Part shown: one piece after another, positions 1 to 11,003 of the stretch
Position numbering within the stretch: the first letter of the stretch is position 1
Layout of the letters: every line of letters begins with the position of its first letter
Assembly (NCBI GenBank): GCA_964557115.1
Contig: CAZKYO010000003.1
Span: 64,438-128,437, forward strand
Origin: an uncultured Gemmatimonadaceae bacterium
Lineage (GTDB): Bacteria; Gemmatimonadota; Gemmatimonadetes; Gemmatimonadales; GWC2-71-9
Length of the DNA: 64,000 nucleotides
Direction: 5' to 3'
Notes under the pieces: generated by a model
Database searches by the model: none
What the model was told of the DNA's origin: nothing
Seen by the model: only the letters and a program-made list of their open reading frames with translations
Made by a program: the position numbers and the translations under genes

Positions 1-75
1 CAGCACCAGCCCCGACACGGCCATCGCCACCTTCTTGCCGATGGTGCTCCGCCAGAGGGCGAGGATCCGGGTCAC
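1..75 (-). CDS. succinate dehydrogenase/fumarate reductase cytochrome b subunit (b558 type), first 25 codons only; gene continues beyond left edge
   Basis: My reverse translation from GTG at 75 gives VTRILALWRSTIGKKVAMAVSGLVL. This fits the conserved N-terminal S-x-IGKK-x-x-MA-x-[ST]G motif of Bacteroidetes-type SdhC. It starts 7 nt after the mdh stop. The fragment is very short. Confidence 0.4.
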   Translation of the reverse strand, partial: MTRILALWRSTIGKKVAMAVSGLVL

Positions 76-82
76 CGCGGCC

Positions 83-1108
<1,026 letters not shown>

Positions 1109-1636
1109 TCAGCGACGGCTGCTGCGGCCCCGGCCGTAGCGGATCGGCTTGCCCGGCGGCGGGGTGCCCCGGCGTTCCGCCTCGCGGGCGGCGATCCGCT
1201 CGGCCGCCAGCGCCAGCAGCAGCTCGGCCGAGCGCGCCACGTCCACCTTGCGACGGCGCGGCGGCATCGGGAGGCGGAAGATCCGCTGCGGATACTTCTC
1301 GCGGATCCGGTCCGGCAGCGTCCCGGCCTCGTTGCCGATGACCAGCACGCTGTTGGGCCGGAACGGCGCCTCGGCGGCGTCCACGTCCCCGTCGGCCGCG
1401 AAGTAGATGCAGCGCTCCCGGCTCATCGCGTCGCGGAAGTCGCGCCACCCCGGGTGGATCCACCAGTCCACCCGCGCCCAGTCCGACGGGCCGGCCTTGC
1501 GGAGCGCCTCGTCGTCGGTCGCGAACGGCAACGGCCCGACCAGGTGCAGCGACGCGTCGGCCTCGGCGCACTGCCTGGCGAGGGCACCGACGGCCGGCGC
1601 GGTGGCGGACTCCAGCAGGGCGACGTGCAGGGCCAT
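1109..1636 (-). CDS. SPOUT (SpoU/TrmL-like) methyltransferase-fold protein, divergent
   Basis: 175 aa, collinear with TrmL (LHLVGPLPF..DDEALRKAG.DW, VLVIGNEAGTLP, RLPMPP). The usual SAM-loop motifs are degenerate. It has an Arg/Gly-rich basic C-terminal tail. Confidence 0.6.
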   Translation of the reverse strand: MALHVALLESATAPAVGALARQCAEADASLHLVGPLPFATDDEALRKAGPSDWARVDWWIHPGWRDFRDAMSRERCIYFAADGDVDAAEAPFRPNSVLVIGNEAGTLPDRIREKYPQRIFRLPMPPRRRKVDVARSAELLLALAAERIAAREAERRGTPPPGKPIRYGRGRSSRR

Positions 1637-1682
1637 CCTTGACCTCCCGGGTGTCGTGGGATGACCAATGGATACGTCAAAC

Positions 1683-1716
1683 GGCCCCGCAATGCGAGTG
1701 ACCGCATTGCGGGGCC
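1683..1716 (-). terminator. strong hairpin after the M28 peptidase gene (intrinsic terminator candidate)
   Basis: Perfect 14-bp stem ggccccgcaatgcg / cgcattgcggggcc with a 6-nt loop, 23 nt after the stop at 1739. On the minus strand it is followed by GUUUGAC. Confidence 0.5.
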
Positions 1717-1738
1717 GTCGACGCGACTGCGCGCGGCG

Positions 1739-3508
1739 TTACTGCTGGCAGCGCCCGTTCGGGTCCGGGAGCGGCTGGTCCACCTTCGGCCGGTGGTCGA
1801 GGTTGGCCACCGCCACGGCAAGGTCATGCACGAACTGGTCGACCTGCGCCATGTGCCGGTACTGGATGTACTGCGGCTCGTCGGTCACCTGGTGGTAGTC
1901 GGCATGGCCGCCGGTCGTGAAGAAGATGATCGGGATGCCGTAGCGGGCGTACTCGTAGTGGTCGCTGCGGCAGTAGATGTTCTGCGGATGGCCGTTCGCG
2001 TCGATCGCGTAGTCGAACTTCAGGTTGTGGCCCTTCGCGTTGACCGCCTCGGCCAGGTCGCCGAGCTCGGTCGAGAGGCGCCGCGACCCGACCAGCTGCA
2101 CGTAGCCGTCGCCGCCCTTCAGCAGCCCGCCCTCCTTCGCCTCCCCGGTCACGTCCGTGGCGGCGCCGCGGCCGACCATGTCCATGTTGAGCTCGGTCAC
2201 GATCGACTCGCGCGGCACGGTCGGATGGTCGGTGAAGAACTGCGACCCGAGCAGCCCGGCCTCCTCGCCCGCGTGCCAGATGAAGAGGATCGAACGCTTC
2301 GGCCGGGTGGGCGCCTTGGCGAACGCCTCGGCGATCTCGAGCACCGAGACCGAGCCCGAGCCGTCGTCATCGGCGCCGTTGGAGATCGAGTCCTCGCGCA
2401 CCGGATTGATCGCACGCAGCGAGTCCTTCACCGCGTTGATCCGGGCCCAGGTCGCCTCGTCGGGTTGACCGAGCCCGCGCGAATCGGCGCCCTGCACCTG
2501 GTGGACCATCAGGTAGGCCTTCATCGAGTCGTGCTCGACCGGGCGCCCGGCGCGGAAGCCGATGTGGTCGTTGTGGGCGCCGATCGCGACGTACTCGTTC
2601 TTGAGCTGCGGATCGCTGCCCTCGAGGATCGCGACGACGTTGCGGCCCGGCGCCGGCTCCTGGGTGAACCGCAGGTGCAGCGACGCCGTCCCGCCCGCGG
2701 CACCCTTCGCCATGCCGTCCATCGCGCGGCCGAGGAGCGCCGTGGCCAGCGCGGTCGTGCCGGTGATCGTGGCCGAGGCATTGGCGCCAGCCCGCGGCGG
2801 GAACGGCGGGTTCGGGTCGATGTAGCTGGCCCGGCCGCCGCCGAAGCCGCCCCGGTTTCCCTGGGGCAGCTCGTCGCCGACGATCGTCACCACCGCCGCG
2901 GCGCCCTGCAGCGACCGCGCGTACTCCGCCATCGCCCCGCCGCGATTGAAGCCCGCGCGGCCCCGCCCGCCGGCGGCGGCCTGCGGTGCCGACAGCACGA
3001 CGATCTTGCCCTCGACCGAGCCCGGCGCCATCAGGTTGGTCGTGTCGAAGGCCGTGCCGCCGAAGACCACCTGGACGTTGTCGAGGTCGAGCGCGGTGCC
3101 GGGGATGTTCGCGGTGAAGCCGCTGCCCGGGATGGTCTTCCCCGCCGCGACGATCGACGAGCCCGCCTCGTCGTAGCTCCGGGTGAAGAGCGGCACCTTC
3201 TGGAAGAACGTGCCATTGTCGCCGGCCGGCTTGAGGCCGAGCGTCGCGACCTGGCCGGCGATGTAGTCGGTGCCCTTGTCGTTGTAGATCGTCCCGACCT
3301 GGCGGCCCATCATCGAGTCGTCGGCAAAGATGTAGAGCCGCGTCATCAGGTCGCACGGCGAGATCTGGGCGACGGTCGCCGGGCCGCTGTACTTGAGCGG
3401 CATCTTGGCGCCGGTCGCCGCGGGGCACTGCGCCGCCACCGGGGCGGCGAAGCCGAACGCCGCGAGGAGCAGCGCGATCGGACGGGGATGATTCGAGAGG
3501 TTCGGCAT
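1739..3508 (-). CDS. secreted M28-family zinc aminopeptidase with PA-like insert
   Basis: ORF-track entry 1739..3673 trimmed to the ATG at 3508. This exposes the signal peptide MPNLSNHPRPIALLLAAFGFAAPVAAQ. M28 core: GADDDGSGSVSVLEIAEAF, FIWHAGEEAGLLGS, NMDMVG. Confidence 0.85.
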   Translation of the reverse strand: MPNLSNHPRPIALLLAAFGFAAPVAAQCPAATGAKMPLKYSGPATVAQISPCDLMTRLYIFADDSMMGRQVGTIYNDKGTDYIAGQVATLGLKPAGDNGTFFQKVPLFTRSYDEAGSSIVAAGKTIPGSGFTANIPGTALDLDNVQVVFGGTAFDTTNLMAPGSVEGKIVVLSAPQAAAGGRGRAGFNRGGAMAEYARSLQGAAAVVTIVGDELPQGNRGGFGGGRASYIDPNPPFPPRAGANASATITGTTALATALLGRAMDGMAKGAAGGTASLHLRFTQEPAPGRNVVAILEGSDPQLKNEYVAIGAHNDHIGFRAGRPVEHDSMKAYLMVHQVQGADSRGLGQPDEATWARINAVKDSLRAINPVREDSISNGADDDGSGSVSVLEIAEAFAKAPTRPKRSILFIWHAGEEAGLLGSQFFTDHPTVPRESIVTELNMDMVGRGAATDVTGEAKEGGLLKGGDGYVQLVGSRRLSTELGDLAEAVNAKGHNLKFDYAIDANGHPQNIYCRSDHYEYARYGIPIIFFTTGGHADYHQVTDEPQYIQYRHMAQVDQFVHDLAVAVANLDHRPKVDQPLPDPNGRCQQ

Positions 3509-3584
3509 GGCTCGAGGGCTAAGGGGTGAGGGTCGCCAGGGGGATGGCCACCCCCGATACGCACCGACCGCCCGTTTGGTTGCC

Positions 3585-4610
3585 CTAGCCGCCCCGGACG
3601 TGCATCTCGAGACCTGGATCATCGCGGAGCCGGGTGAGCGGCACGAGCACGCCCCGCTCGGGCAGGGCGGCACGCGCCTCGGCGCCGCGATCGGCGCGGG
3701 CCCGCCAGTGACCGCTGACCAGGCGCTCCAGCTCGGCGTCGCTCGCGCCGGCCCGGAGCGGCCCCGCGAGGTCGGTCCCCTCCTCCGCGTAGAGGCAGCG
3801 GTACCAGCGACCGTCGGCCGTGAGCCGGCTGCGATCGCAGTCGCGGCAGAACGGCGCGGTCGTGGACGTCACCACGCCGACCACGGTGCCGTCGCCGAGG
3901 CGCCAACGCTCGGCGGGGGCGCTCGGGTCGCCCGGGCGACCGATCGGCTCGGCACCGCCGAACGCCGCGGCGAGGCGCGCGACGATCTCGCGCCCGCTGA
4001 TCACCTGATCCGCCCGCCACTCGATCGCACCGCCCACGTCCATGTACTCGATGAAGCGCGGTTCGATCCCCCGCTCCGCCGCGAAGCGGACGATCGCCAC
4101 GAGCTCGTCGTCGTTGACGCCGCGCATGGCGACGGTGTTGAGCTTGACCGACGCGAAGCCGGCCGCGCCCGCGGCGGCGAGGCCGGCGAGGGTGTCGTCG
4201 AGGCGATCGTGCCGCGAGAGCGCGCGCATCCGGTCCCGGTCGAGGGTGTCGAGCGAGACGGTCACCCGTTGGAGCCCCGCCTCGCGCAACGCCCCGGCCT
4301 GGGTCGCGAGCCGGGTGCCGTTGGTGGTGAGCGCGAGATCGTCCACGCCGGGCAGCGCGGCCAGGCGCGCGACGAGCTCGGGGAGATTCGGCCGCAGGAG
4401 CGGCTCGCCCCCGGTGATCCGCAGCTTGGCCACGCCGAGTCGGACGAACACGCCGGCCAGGCGGGTGATCTCGTCGAAGTCGAGCAGCGACGGCGCGGCG
4501 AGGAAGCGGTAGGCGTCCGCCGGCATGCAGTAGCGGCAGCGCAGGTTGCAGCGGTCGGTGACCGAGATCCGCAGCGCGCCGAGCGGGCGGCCGAGCCGAT
4601 CGCGGATCAC
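3585..4610 (-). CDS. moaA: GTP 3',8-cyclase MoaA (radical SAM)
   Basis: CxxxCxxC motif in RCNLRCRYCMP and a C-terminal GG. Start set to GTG 4610, which forms a GTGA overlap with the moaE stop. The ORF-track start at 4646 remains possible. Confidence 0.9.
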   Translation of the reverse strand: MIRDRLGRPLGALRISVTDRCNLRCRYCMPADAYRFLAAPSLLDFDEITRLAGVFVRLGVAKLRITGGEPLLRPNLPELVARLAALPGVDDLALTTNGTRLATQAGALREAGLQRVTVSLDTLDRDRMRALSRHDRLDDTLAGLAAAGAAGFASVKLNTVAMRGVNDDELVAIVRFAAERGIEPRFIEYMDVGGAIEWRADQVISGREIVARLAAAFGGAEPIGRPGDPSAPAERWRLGDGTVVGVVTSTTAPFCRDCDRSRLTADGRWYRCLYAEEGTDLAGPLRAGASDAELERLVSGHWRARADRGAEARAALPERGVLVPLTRLRDDPGLEMHVRGG

Positions 4611-5035
4611 GGTGCTGGATGCGCTGGCGTGGTCGGGTCGACCCATTCCGTCGACCCGTCCACGAACCGCTCGAGCTTCCAGATGGGTACCCGCGCCTTC
4701 ACGGCGTCGATCACCCAGCGGTTGGCCTCGTAGGCCTCGTCGCGGTGGCCACCGCTGGTGACGACGAGCACGGCAGCATCGCCCGGGACCAGGGCGCCGA
4801 GGCGATGCACCAGGACGACCCGCACCGGCCAGCGCGCCTCTGCCTCGTGCACGATGGCGGCCGAGGCGCGCTCCGCCATCGCGTCGTAGGCGGAATACTC
4901 CAGTCCGCTGACGGCCCGACCATGATGGTTGTCGCGGACCCGACCCAGGAACACGACGACGCCCCCGCGGGCAGGATCGGCCGCGGCAGCGAGCGCGCCG
5001 GCAACATCGATCGGCTGGGTGGTGAGGTGGGGCAC
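4607..5035 (-). CDS. moaE: molybdopterin synthase catalytic subunit MoaE
   Basis: 142 aa, GTG start. MoaE pattern: FLGRVRDNHHGR, LEYSAY..MAE, GGHRDEAYEANRWVID..K..VPIWK. Confidence 0.85.
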   Translation of the reverse strand: MPHLTTQPIDVAGALAAAADPARGGVVVFLGRVRDNHHGRAVSGLEYSAYDAMAERASAAIVHEAEARWPVRVVLVHRLGALVPGDAAVLVVTSGGHRDEAYEANRWVIDAVKARVPIWKLERFVDGSTEWVDPTTPAHPAP

Positions 5036-5037
5036 CT

Positions 5038-5283
5038 TCAGCCTCCGGCCAGCGGTGGCAGGAGGGCCAGCTCGTCGTCGGGACCGATCGCCGTGTCGGG
5101 AGGGACCACCGCGAGGTTGATCGCGACGATGGGAGACGGCGGAAGCGAACCGCCCCCCGGCAAGGACCGGAGGGCGGTGATCAGGTCAGCGACGGTCGGC
5201 CGTCCCGCCAGCTCGACCTCCAGCTCGGCGCCACCCAGCAGCTCGGCGTACCGCGCGAAGGTGACGACCCGGTGGCGGCTCAT
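5038..5283 (-). CDS. moaD: molybdopterin synthase sulfur-carrier subunit MoaD
   Basis: 81 aa ThiS/MoaD-size protein ending in diglycine (LPPLAGG). It lies directly upstream of moaE. ATGA overlap with the HU/IHF stop. Confidence 0.75.
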   Translation of the reverse strand: MSRHRVVTFARYAELLGGAELEVELAGRPTVADLITALRSLPGGGSLPPSPIVAINLAVVPPDTAIGPDDELALLPPLAGG

Positions 5284-5603
5284 TCCCCGCCGGACGACAG
5301 CGGCGCATCGTCGTCGGCCACCAGGATCCGCAACTCCTTGCTGGGCTTGAAGACAGGCACCGGCCGTGCGGCCACTTCCACCGGCTCGCCGGTGCGTGGA
5401 TTGCGCGCCATCCGGGTCTTGCGGCGCCGGATCTTGAAGGTGCCGAAGCCGCGGACCTCGATGTTGTGCTGCTCCTTGAGCGCCAGCTTGACCGCATCGA
5501 GGAAGGCGTCCACGACCCGCGCGCAGTCCTTCTTCGAGATCATCGGACCCGAAGTGCGGGCAATCGCAGCGGTGACTTGTTCGACGAGATCGGCCTTGGT
5601 CAT
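5280..5603 (-). CDS. HU/IHF-family DNA-binding protein
   Basis: 107 aa. RGFGTFKIRRRKTRMARNPRTGEPVEVAARPVPVFKPSKEL is the classical HU/IHF beta-arm. Acidic C-terminal tail. Confidence 0.9.
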   Translation of the reverse strand: MTKADLVEQVTAAIARTSGPMISKKDCARVVDAFLDAVKLALKEQHNIEVRGFGTFKIRRRKTRMARNPRTGEPVEVAARPVPVFKPSKELRILVADDDAPLSSGGE

Positions 5604-5658
5604 CGACCCCCCGGGGAGACGACTGCGGGGACCCGGATGCGAGGTCCCCTTCGGCCCT

Positions 5659-5688
5659 TAGTTACGCTCGTTAAGCGTTGCCTGTCAA
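5659..5688 (-). promoter_or_regulatory. candidate sigma-70-type promoter for the HU/IHF gene
   Basis: Minus strand: TTGACA (5688-5683), 18 nt spacer, TAACTA (5664-5659). It lies about 55 nt upstream of the ATG at 5603. The -35 overlaps the carA stop. Confidence 0.35.
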
Positions 5689-6812
5689 GAGCTTGCGTGC
5701 TCTCGGCTGCGGATCGCCTCGAGGAACTCCCCGAAGTGGGGGAAGGCGTCGTGGGGTCCCGGGGCGGCCTCGGGGTGATACTGGACCGCGAAGACGGGGA
5801 GTCGGCGGTGGCGGATCCCTTCCACCGTACCGTCATTGAGGTTGAGGTGGGTCACCTCAAGTTCTGCTGCACCTGCCACCCCATCCGTGCCGCCCTCGAG
5901 CGCGAAACCGTGATTCTGCGTGGTGATGAGGACCTTGCCCGTGGCGAGTTCCTTGACCGGATGGTTACCGCCCCGGTGGCCGTAGGGCATCTTCCGGGTC
6001 CGGCCGCCGAAGGCCAGCCCCAGCAGCTGGTGGCCCAGGCAGATGCCGAAGACCGGCGTGCCGGACTCCGCGAGGGTCCGGATGGTCTCCGGGGCGTACT
6101 CGATCGCGGCAGGGTCACCGGGGCCGTTGGAGAGGAAGATCCCTGCCGGCTTGCGGGCCAGCACGTCCTCGGCCGGCGTGGTGGCGGGCACCACCTCGAC
6201 CCGGAGCCCCTCGGCCTCGAGCATCCGGACGATGTTCCGCTTCATCCCGAAATCGTACGCGACGACCGTCGGCCCCTCGCCCGTGGCATAGGAGGCGTCC
6301 ACCGTGGCGCGCGAGGCGAGGTCGAGGCCGGCCATCGAGGGCGAGGCGGCGAGCCGCTCCCGGATCGCGTCGTCCGGCGCCTCGCCTTCGGCGATCACGC
6401 CGCGCATCGCGCCCCGCTCCCGGATGTGCCGGGTCAGGCGCCGCGTGTCGACATCGGTGAGGATCGGGATGCCGGCCGCCCCGAGCCAGTCGGCCAGCCC
6501 CTGCGTGCCGCGCCAGTTGGACCAGTGCTGGGAGAGTTCGCGGACCACGATGCCGCTCACCTGGGGGCGACCAGACTCGTCGTCGAGCGGAGTGACCCCG
6601 TAGTTGCCGATCATCGGCGCCGTCATCACGACGATCTGGCCGAGGTAGCTGGGATCGGTGAAGGTCTCCTGGTAGCCGGTCAGGTTGGTGGTGAAGACCA
6701 CCTCCCCGAAAGCCGGAGCGCCGGGACCGACGAGGGACCCGGCGAACCAGGCGCCGTCTTCGAGCAGGACGAAGGCCGGCCGTGCGGCGCCGACCGTCGT
6801 GCGCTCGGCCAC
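5685..6812 (-). CDS. carA: carbamoyl-phosphate synthase small (glutaminase) subunit
   Basis: GATase triad context: FGICLGHQLL, QNHGFA, VQYHPEA. Start set to GTG 6812 (VAERTTVGAARPAFVLLEDG), overlapping the secG stop by 1 nt. The track's extension to 7016 is Arg/Ala-rich and overlaps secG. Confidence 0.9.
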   Translation of the reverse strand: MAERTTVGAARPAFVLLEDGAWFAGSLVGPGAPAFGEVVFTTNLTGYQETFTDPSYLGQIVVMTAPMIGNYGVTPLDDESGRPQVSGIVVRELSQHWSNWRGTQGLADWLGAAGIPILTDVDTRRLTRHIRERGAMRGVIAEGEAPDDAIRERLAASPSMAGLDLASRATVDASYATGEGPTVVAYDFGMKRNIVRMLEAEGLRVEVVPATTPAEDVLARKPAGIFLSNGPGDPAAIEYAPETIRTLAESGTPVFGICLGHQLLGLAFGGRTRKMPYGHRGGNHPVKELATGKVLITTQNHGFALEGGTDGVAGAAELEVTHLNLNDGTVEGIRHRRLPVFAVQYHPEAAPGPHDAFPHFGEFLEAIRSREHASS

Positions 6813-7183
6813 TAGGGCGTGGTCCCCGTCGACGTGTCCGACCCGCCCGGGGCCGGCGCGGCCGTCGTGCCGCCCTGCAGCGGGGCGGTCGGCAGCGGCG
6901 CCTGCGGCTGCGCCTGCTGCTGGAGCGCCTTCTGGACGTCGGTCATCGCGGCGCCGGACCGGGTGTGCACCACGCTGAGCAGCAGCGAGAGCCCCATGAA
7001 GATCCCGCCGGTCCACCAGGTCGCCTTGGTCAGCAACGTGGTCGCCCCGCGTCCGCCAAGCACCTGGGCGGTCGTGCCGCCGCCAAGCGAGGCAAGGCCT
7101 CCGCCCTGGCCGGCCTGGAGGAGCACCACGATCGAGAGCAGGATCGCGTCGAGGATGAGCAGCACCAGCAGGAACGCAAACAT
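6812..7183 (-). CDS. secG: preprotein translocase subunit SecG
   Basis: 123 aa from ATG 7183: MFAFLLVLLILDAILLSIVVLLQAGQGGGLASLGGG. Second TM is WWTGGIFMGLSLLL. Q/P/A-rich tail. The track ORF 6812..7555 is over-extended. Confidence 0.8.
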   Translation of the reverse strand: MFAFLLVLLILDAILLSIVVLLQAGQGGGLASLGGGTTAQVLGGRGATTLLTKATWWTGGIFMGLSLLLSVVHTRSGAAMTDVQKALQQQAQPQAPLPTAPLQGGTTAAPAPGGSDTSTGTTP

Positions 7184-7219
7184 CAGGAAACCTCGGAACT
7201 TGGGGGCATGCCTAGCCCT

Positions 7220-7258
7220 GAAATATAGGCGGCCGGCCCTTGCTGGTGAAGGGCGGCC
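7220..7258 (-). promoter_or_regulatory. hairpin plus CCTATATTTC element between tpiA and secG (terminator and/or -10-like promoter element)
   Basis: Minus strand: a 10-bp bulged GC hairpin (7258-7231) is followed immediately by CCTATATTTC (7229-7220), 37 nt upstream of the secG ATG. TTCACC lies 17 nt upstream of TATATT. Confidence 0.3.
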
Positions 7259-7283
7259 ATGCCCCGCTCGGGATGGCTCAGCC

Positions 7284-8033
7284 TCACACCATCGCCTGGC
7301 AGATGGCCAGCCAGCTCTCCGGGTCGAGGGAGGCGCCGCCGACCAGGACGCCATCGATCTCCGGCTGGCCGAGGAGAGCGGCGGCATTGTCCGGCTTGAC
7401 CGACCCGCCGTAGAGGACCCGGGTCGTCCGGGGGAGGCCGAGCCCCGACAGCACCTCGCGCACGGTGCCGTGCACCGCGTTGGCGTCCTCGGGCGTGGCG
7501 TTCCGGCCCGTCCCGATCGCCCAGACCGGCTCATAGGCGATCGCGAGGTCGGCATCGGCCGGCAGTCCCTGGAGCGCCGCGGTCAACTGGCGCGCGACGA
7601 CCGCCTCGGTCTGGCCGGCCTCGCGCTCCTCCAGGGTCTCGCCGACGCAGAGCATGGCGAGCAGGCCGCCCTGCAGCACGGCGCGCACCTTTCGCGCGGT
7701 GTCGGCGTCGGATTCCCCGAAGACATGGCGCCGTTCGGAGTGACCGATCAGCGCGGCGCGTGCCCCCGCACCCTGCGCCAGGTCCACCGAGGTCTGGCCG
7801 GTGAAGGCTCCCTTCGGCTCCCAGAAGACATCCTGCGCGCCGACGAGCACGTCTTCGCGACCGGTCGCCTTCCACGCCACGGCCGCGATGCTGACGGCTG
7901 GGGGGAAGAAGGCGATCGTCCGGCCCGGTGTGGACGGACACGCGGCAAGGAAGCGATCCATGAACGCGATCGCCTCGCGCGGCGCCATGTGCATCTTCCA
8001 GTTGGCGGCGAGCAGCAGCGGCTTCGGGCTCAT
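7284..8033 (-). CDS. tpiA: triosephosphate isomerase
   Basis: 249 aa from ATG 8033, with an ATGA overlap with the pgk stop. Motifs AANWKMH, GHSERR, AYEPVWAIGTG, YGGSV. Confidence 0.95.
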   Translation of the reverse strand: MSPKPLLLAANWKMHMAPREAIAFMDRFLAACPSTPGRTIAFFPPAVSIAAVAWKATGREDVLVGAQDVFWEPKGAFTGQTSVDLAQGAGARAALIGHSERRHVFGESDADTARKVRAVLQGGLLAMLCVGETLEEREAGQTEAVVARQLTAALQGLPADADLAIAYEPVWAIGTGRNATPEDANAVHGTVREVLSGLGLPRTTRVLYGGSVKPDNAAALLGQPEIDGVLVGGASLDPESWLAICQAMV

Positions 8034-9223
8034 GCGTCGTCCAGGGCGGTGACGCCCGGCAGCGGCTTCCCCTCGAGGAACTCGAGCGACGCGCCGCCGC
8101 CAGTGCTCACGTGGGTGACCTGGTCGTCGAGTCCGGCGGCGGTGACCGCGGCCGCCGAATCGCCGCCCCCCACCACCGTGGTGGCACCGGCGGCGGTGGC
8201 CTCGGCGAGGGCGCGCGCGACGCCCAGCGTGCCGCGATCGAACGGGGGCGTCTCGAAGACGCCCATCGGCCCGTTCCACAGCACCGTCTTCGCCGACTGG
8301 ATGATCTCCGCGAAGTGCCGCACGCTGCCGTCGTCGATGTCGAACATCGCCCAGCCGACGGGAATCGCGTCGCGCGCCACCTCGCGCGTCGGCGCCGCCG
8401 AATCGAGTCGCTCCGCGATGAGGGCCCCGGTTGGCAGCACCAGCGTGTCGCCGGCCTTGGCGATCAGCGCCCGCGCCATCTCGACCCGGTCCTCCTCCAC
8501 CAGCGAGTTGCCGACTTCGAGGCCCATCGCCTTGAAGAAGGTGCACGCCATCGCCCCGCCGATCAGGATCCGGTCGACCTTCGGCAGCAGCGCCTCGACG
8601 AGGTCGATCTTGCCGCTGATCTTGGCGCCGCCGAGGATCGCGACGAACGGTCGGGCCGGGTGGTCGACCGCCTCGCCGAGGAACGCGAGTTCCTTCTCCA
8701 TCAGGAACCCGGCGACGGCCGGCTTGAGGCGGTAGGCGATCGCCTCGGTGCTGGCGTGGGCGCGATGCGCCGAGCCGAAGGCGTCGTTCACGTACATGTC
8801 GCCGAGCGCCGCGAAGCGATCGGCGAGGGCCGGGTCGTTCTGCTCCTCGCCCGGGTAGAAGCGGGTGTTCTCTGCGAGCGCGACCCCGCCGCGCGGCAGG
8901 TGCCGCGTGGCCGCGGCCGCGGCCTCGCTGGTCGGGTCGTCCAGGAAGGTGACCGGCGCCCCGAGCTGACGCTCGAGCTCGCGAGCCACGGGCCGCAGCG
9001 AGTACTTCGGATCCGGTGCGCCCTTCGGCCGCCCGAGGTGCGAGAGGAGCACCACCCGTGCGCCGTGCTGCCGCAGGTACTGGATCGTCGGCAGCGAGGC
9101 GCGGATCCGGGTGTCGTCGCTCACCCGTCCGTCGGCGAGCGGCACGTTCATGTCGACGCGCACGACGACCCGCTGGCCGGCCAGGTGCGCCGCGTCGAGG
9201 TCGGCGAGGCGCCGCTTGCTCAC
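8030..9223 (-). CDS. pgk: phosphoglycerate kinase
   Basis: 397 aa from GTG 9223, with a GTGA overlap with the gap stop. Motifs [33 protein letters not shown]. Confidence 0.95.
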   Translation of the reverse strand: MSKRRLADLDAAHLAGQRVVVRVDMNVPLADGRVSDDTRIRASLPTIQYLRQHGARVVLLSHLGRPKGAPDPKYSLRPVARELERQLGAPVTFLDDPTSEAAAAATRHLPRGGVALAENTRFYPGEEQNDPALADRFAALGDMYVNDAFGSAHRAHASTEAIAYRLKPAVAGFLMEKELAFLGEAVDHPARPFVAILGGAKISGKIDLVEALLPKVDRILIGGAMACTFFKAMGLEVGNSLVEEDRVEMARALIAKAGDTLVLPTGALIAERLDSAAPTREVARDAIPVGWAMFDIDDGSVRHFAEIIQSAKTVLWNGPMGVFETPPFDRGTLGVARALAEATAAGATTVVGGGDSAAAVTAAGLDDQVTHVSTGGGASLEFLEGKPLPGVTALDDA

Positions 9224-10233
9224 AGCGCCGCGCCGATGTGGCGAATCATGTCGACGCAGCGCGCCGAGTAGCCCATCTCGTTGTCGTACCACGACGAGAC
9301 GTGGATCATCGTGCCGTCGAGCACCTGGGTCGAGAGCGCGTCCACCGTGCTCGACGCCTGGTTGCCGACGTAGTCCACCGAGACGAGCGGCTCGTCGCTC
9401 ACGGCGAGCACGCCCTTGAGGGCGCCGCCGGCCGCCGCGCGGAAGGCCGCGTTGACCTCGTCGACCGTCACGGCGCGGTCGACGACGCAGGTCAGGTCGA
9501 CCAGCGAGACGTCGGCCGTCGGCACCCGGAGTGCCACGCCGTCGATCTTGCCCTTCACCTCGGGGATCACCAGCGAGGTCGCCTTGGCGGCGCCGGTCGA
9601 GGTGGGGATGATCGAGACCGCGGCCGCACGGGCGCGCCGCAGGTCCTTGTGGGGCAGGTCGAGGATGCTCTGGTCGTTCGTGTAGCTGTGCACCGTGGTC
9701 ATGTAGCCGCGCTGGAAGCCGAACGCCTCGCGGATCACGTGCACCACCGGCACCAGGCAGTTGGTCGTGCAGGAGGCGTTCGAGATCACGTGGTGCTTGG
9801 CGGGATCGTAGTCGAGGTGGTTGACGCCGTAGACGAAGGTCTTGTCCTCGCCCTTGGCCGGGGCCGAGATGATGACCTTCTTCGCGCCGCCCTCGAGGTG
9901 CTTGGCGGCGTCCTCGCGGTTCGTGAACCGGCCGGTCGATTCGAGCACGATGTCGACGCCGAGTTCGCCCCACGGCAGCTTGGCGGGATCGCGCTCCGAG
10001 AGGACCCGCATCTCGTCGCCGCCCACGTCGAGGCCGTTGGCGGAGGGCCGCACCTCGAAGGGGAAGCGCCCGTGCACCGAGTCGTACTTGAGCAGGTGGG
10101 CCAGCGTCGTCGTGTCGGTCAGGTCGTTGACGGCCACGAAGTCGATCTCGGTCACGCCCGCCGCCTTGGCGGCCCGGACCACGTTGCGGCCGATGCGGCC
10201 GAACCCATTGATGCCCACGCGAATCTTCGCCAT
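9220..10233 (-). CDS. gap: glyceraldehyde-3-phosphate dehydrogenase
   Basis: 337 aa. INGFGRIGR, catalytic [14 protein letters not shown]. Confidence 0.95.
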   Translation of the reverse strand: MAKIRVGINGFGRIGRNVVRAAKAAGVTEIDFVAVNDLTDTTTLAHLLKYDSVHGRFPFEVRPSANGLDVGGDEMRVLSERDPAKLPWGELGVDIVLESTGRFTNREDAAKHLEGGAKKVIISAPAKGEDKTFVYGVNHLDYDPAKHHVISNASCTTNCLVPVVHVIREAFGFQRGYMTTVHSYTNDQSILDLPHKDLRRARAAAVSIIPTSTGAAKATSLVIPEVKGKIDGVALRVPTADVSLVDLTCVVDRAVTVDEVNAAFRAAAGGALKGVLAVSDEPLVSVDYVGNQASSTVDALSTQVLDGTMIHVSSWYDNEMGYSARCVDMIRHIGAAL

Positions 10234-11003
10234 CAGGACCTCGAGCTCCCCAGGAAGTCGGTTGTCGAAAGGCGCCGGGCGGCGGCCGCCAGCGGCGGCC
10301 CGGCCCGGGCGAAGGTGACTGCGGCGACCCGATCCACCCCGGCGTCGAGGCAGGCCCTCGCCGCCGAAACTAACGTGGCCCCGGTCGTGAACACATCATC
10401 GACCAGGACGACTGGTCCCGGGAACGGCGCGGCGGTGAAGACCCCGCCGAGGTTGGCCTTGCGATCGGCGGCACCAAGGCTGGTCTGGCTGCCGACCGCC
10501 CGGACCCGCCGGAGCAGGTCGGGACGGCAGGGTCGGCCCGAAAGCGCCCCGAGCGCGAGCGCCAGTTCCTCGGCCTGGTTGTAGCCGCGCTGGCGGCGGC
10601 GTCGGCGGGTCGTCGGGATCGGCACCAGGACCCCCTCGCCGACCTCATCGAGCAGCCGCGGCATCACCCGGGCGAACACCGGCGCCAGGCGCCGCCAGCC
10701 GCCGTACTTGAAGCGATGGAGCAGGCGGCGCGAGCCGTCGTCGAGGAGGACCGCGCTCCGGACCGGGCCGAAGTCGCGTGGCCAGTCGGGACAGAGTCGA
10801 CACTCGAGCCCGAGCACCAGCGGACCGCCGCAGCGAGCGCATCGCGGCGCCGGAACCGGGCGCCAGCGGGTGGTGCAGAGGCCGCAGGCAAGCGGCTCGG
10901 CAGGATCGAGGACCGGATCGCCGCAACCGAGGCACGCAGACGGCAACAGCCACGACTCGATCGCCCGGAGGCGCTCAGCCCACCTCACTCCGGAGGGCCG
11001 CAC
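10233..11003 (-). CDS. comF: ComF-family phosphoribosyltransferase-domain protein
   Basis: N-terminal Cys-rich zinc ribbon (CLGCG...CGLC...CARCG...CRLC) and PRTase motif [13 protein letters not shown]. The start could instead be GTG 10988. Confidence 0.75.
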   Translation of the reverse strand: MRPSGVRWAERLRAIESWLLPSACLGCGDPVLDPAEPLACGLCTTRWRPVPAPRCARCGGPLVLGLECRLCPDWPRDFGPVRSAVLLDDGSRRLLHRFKYGGWRRLAPVFARVMPRLLDEVGEGVLVPIPTTRRRRRQRGYNQAEELALALGALSGRPCRPDLLRRVRAVGSQTSLGAADRKANLGGVFTAAPFPGPVVLVDDVFTTGATLVSAARACLDAGVDRVAAVTFARAGPPLAAAARRLSTTDFLGSSRS

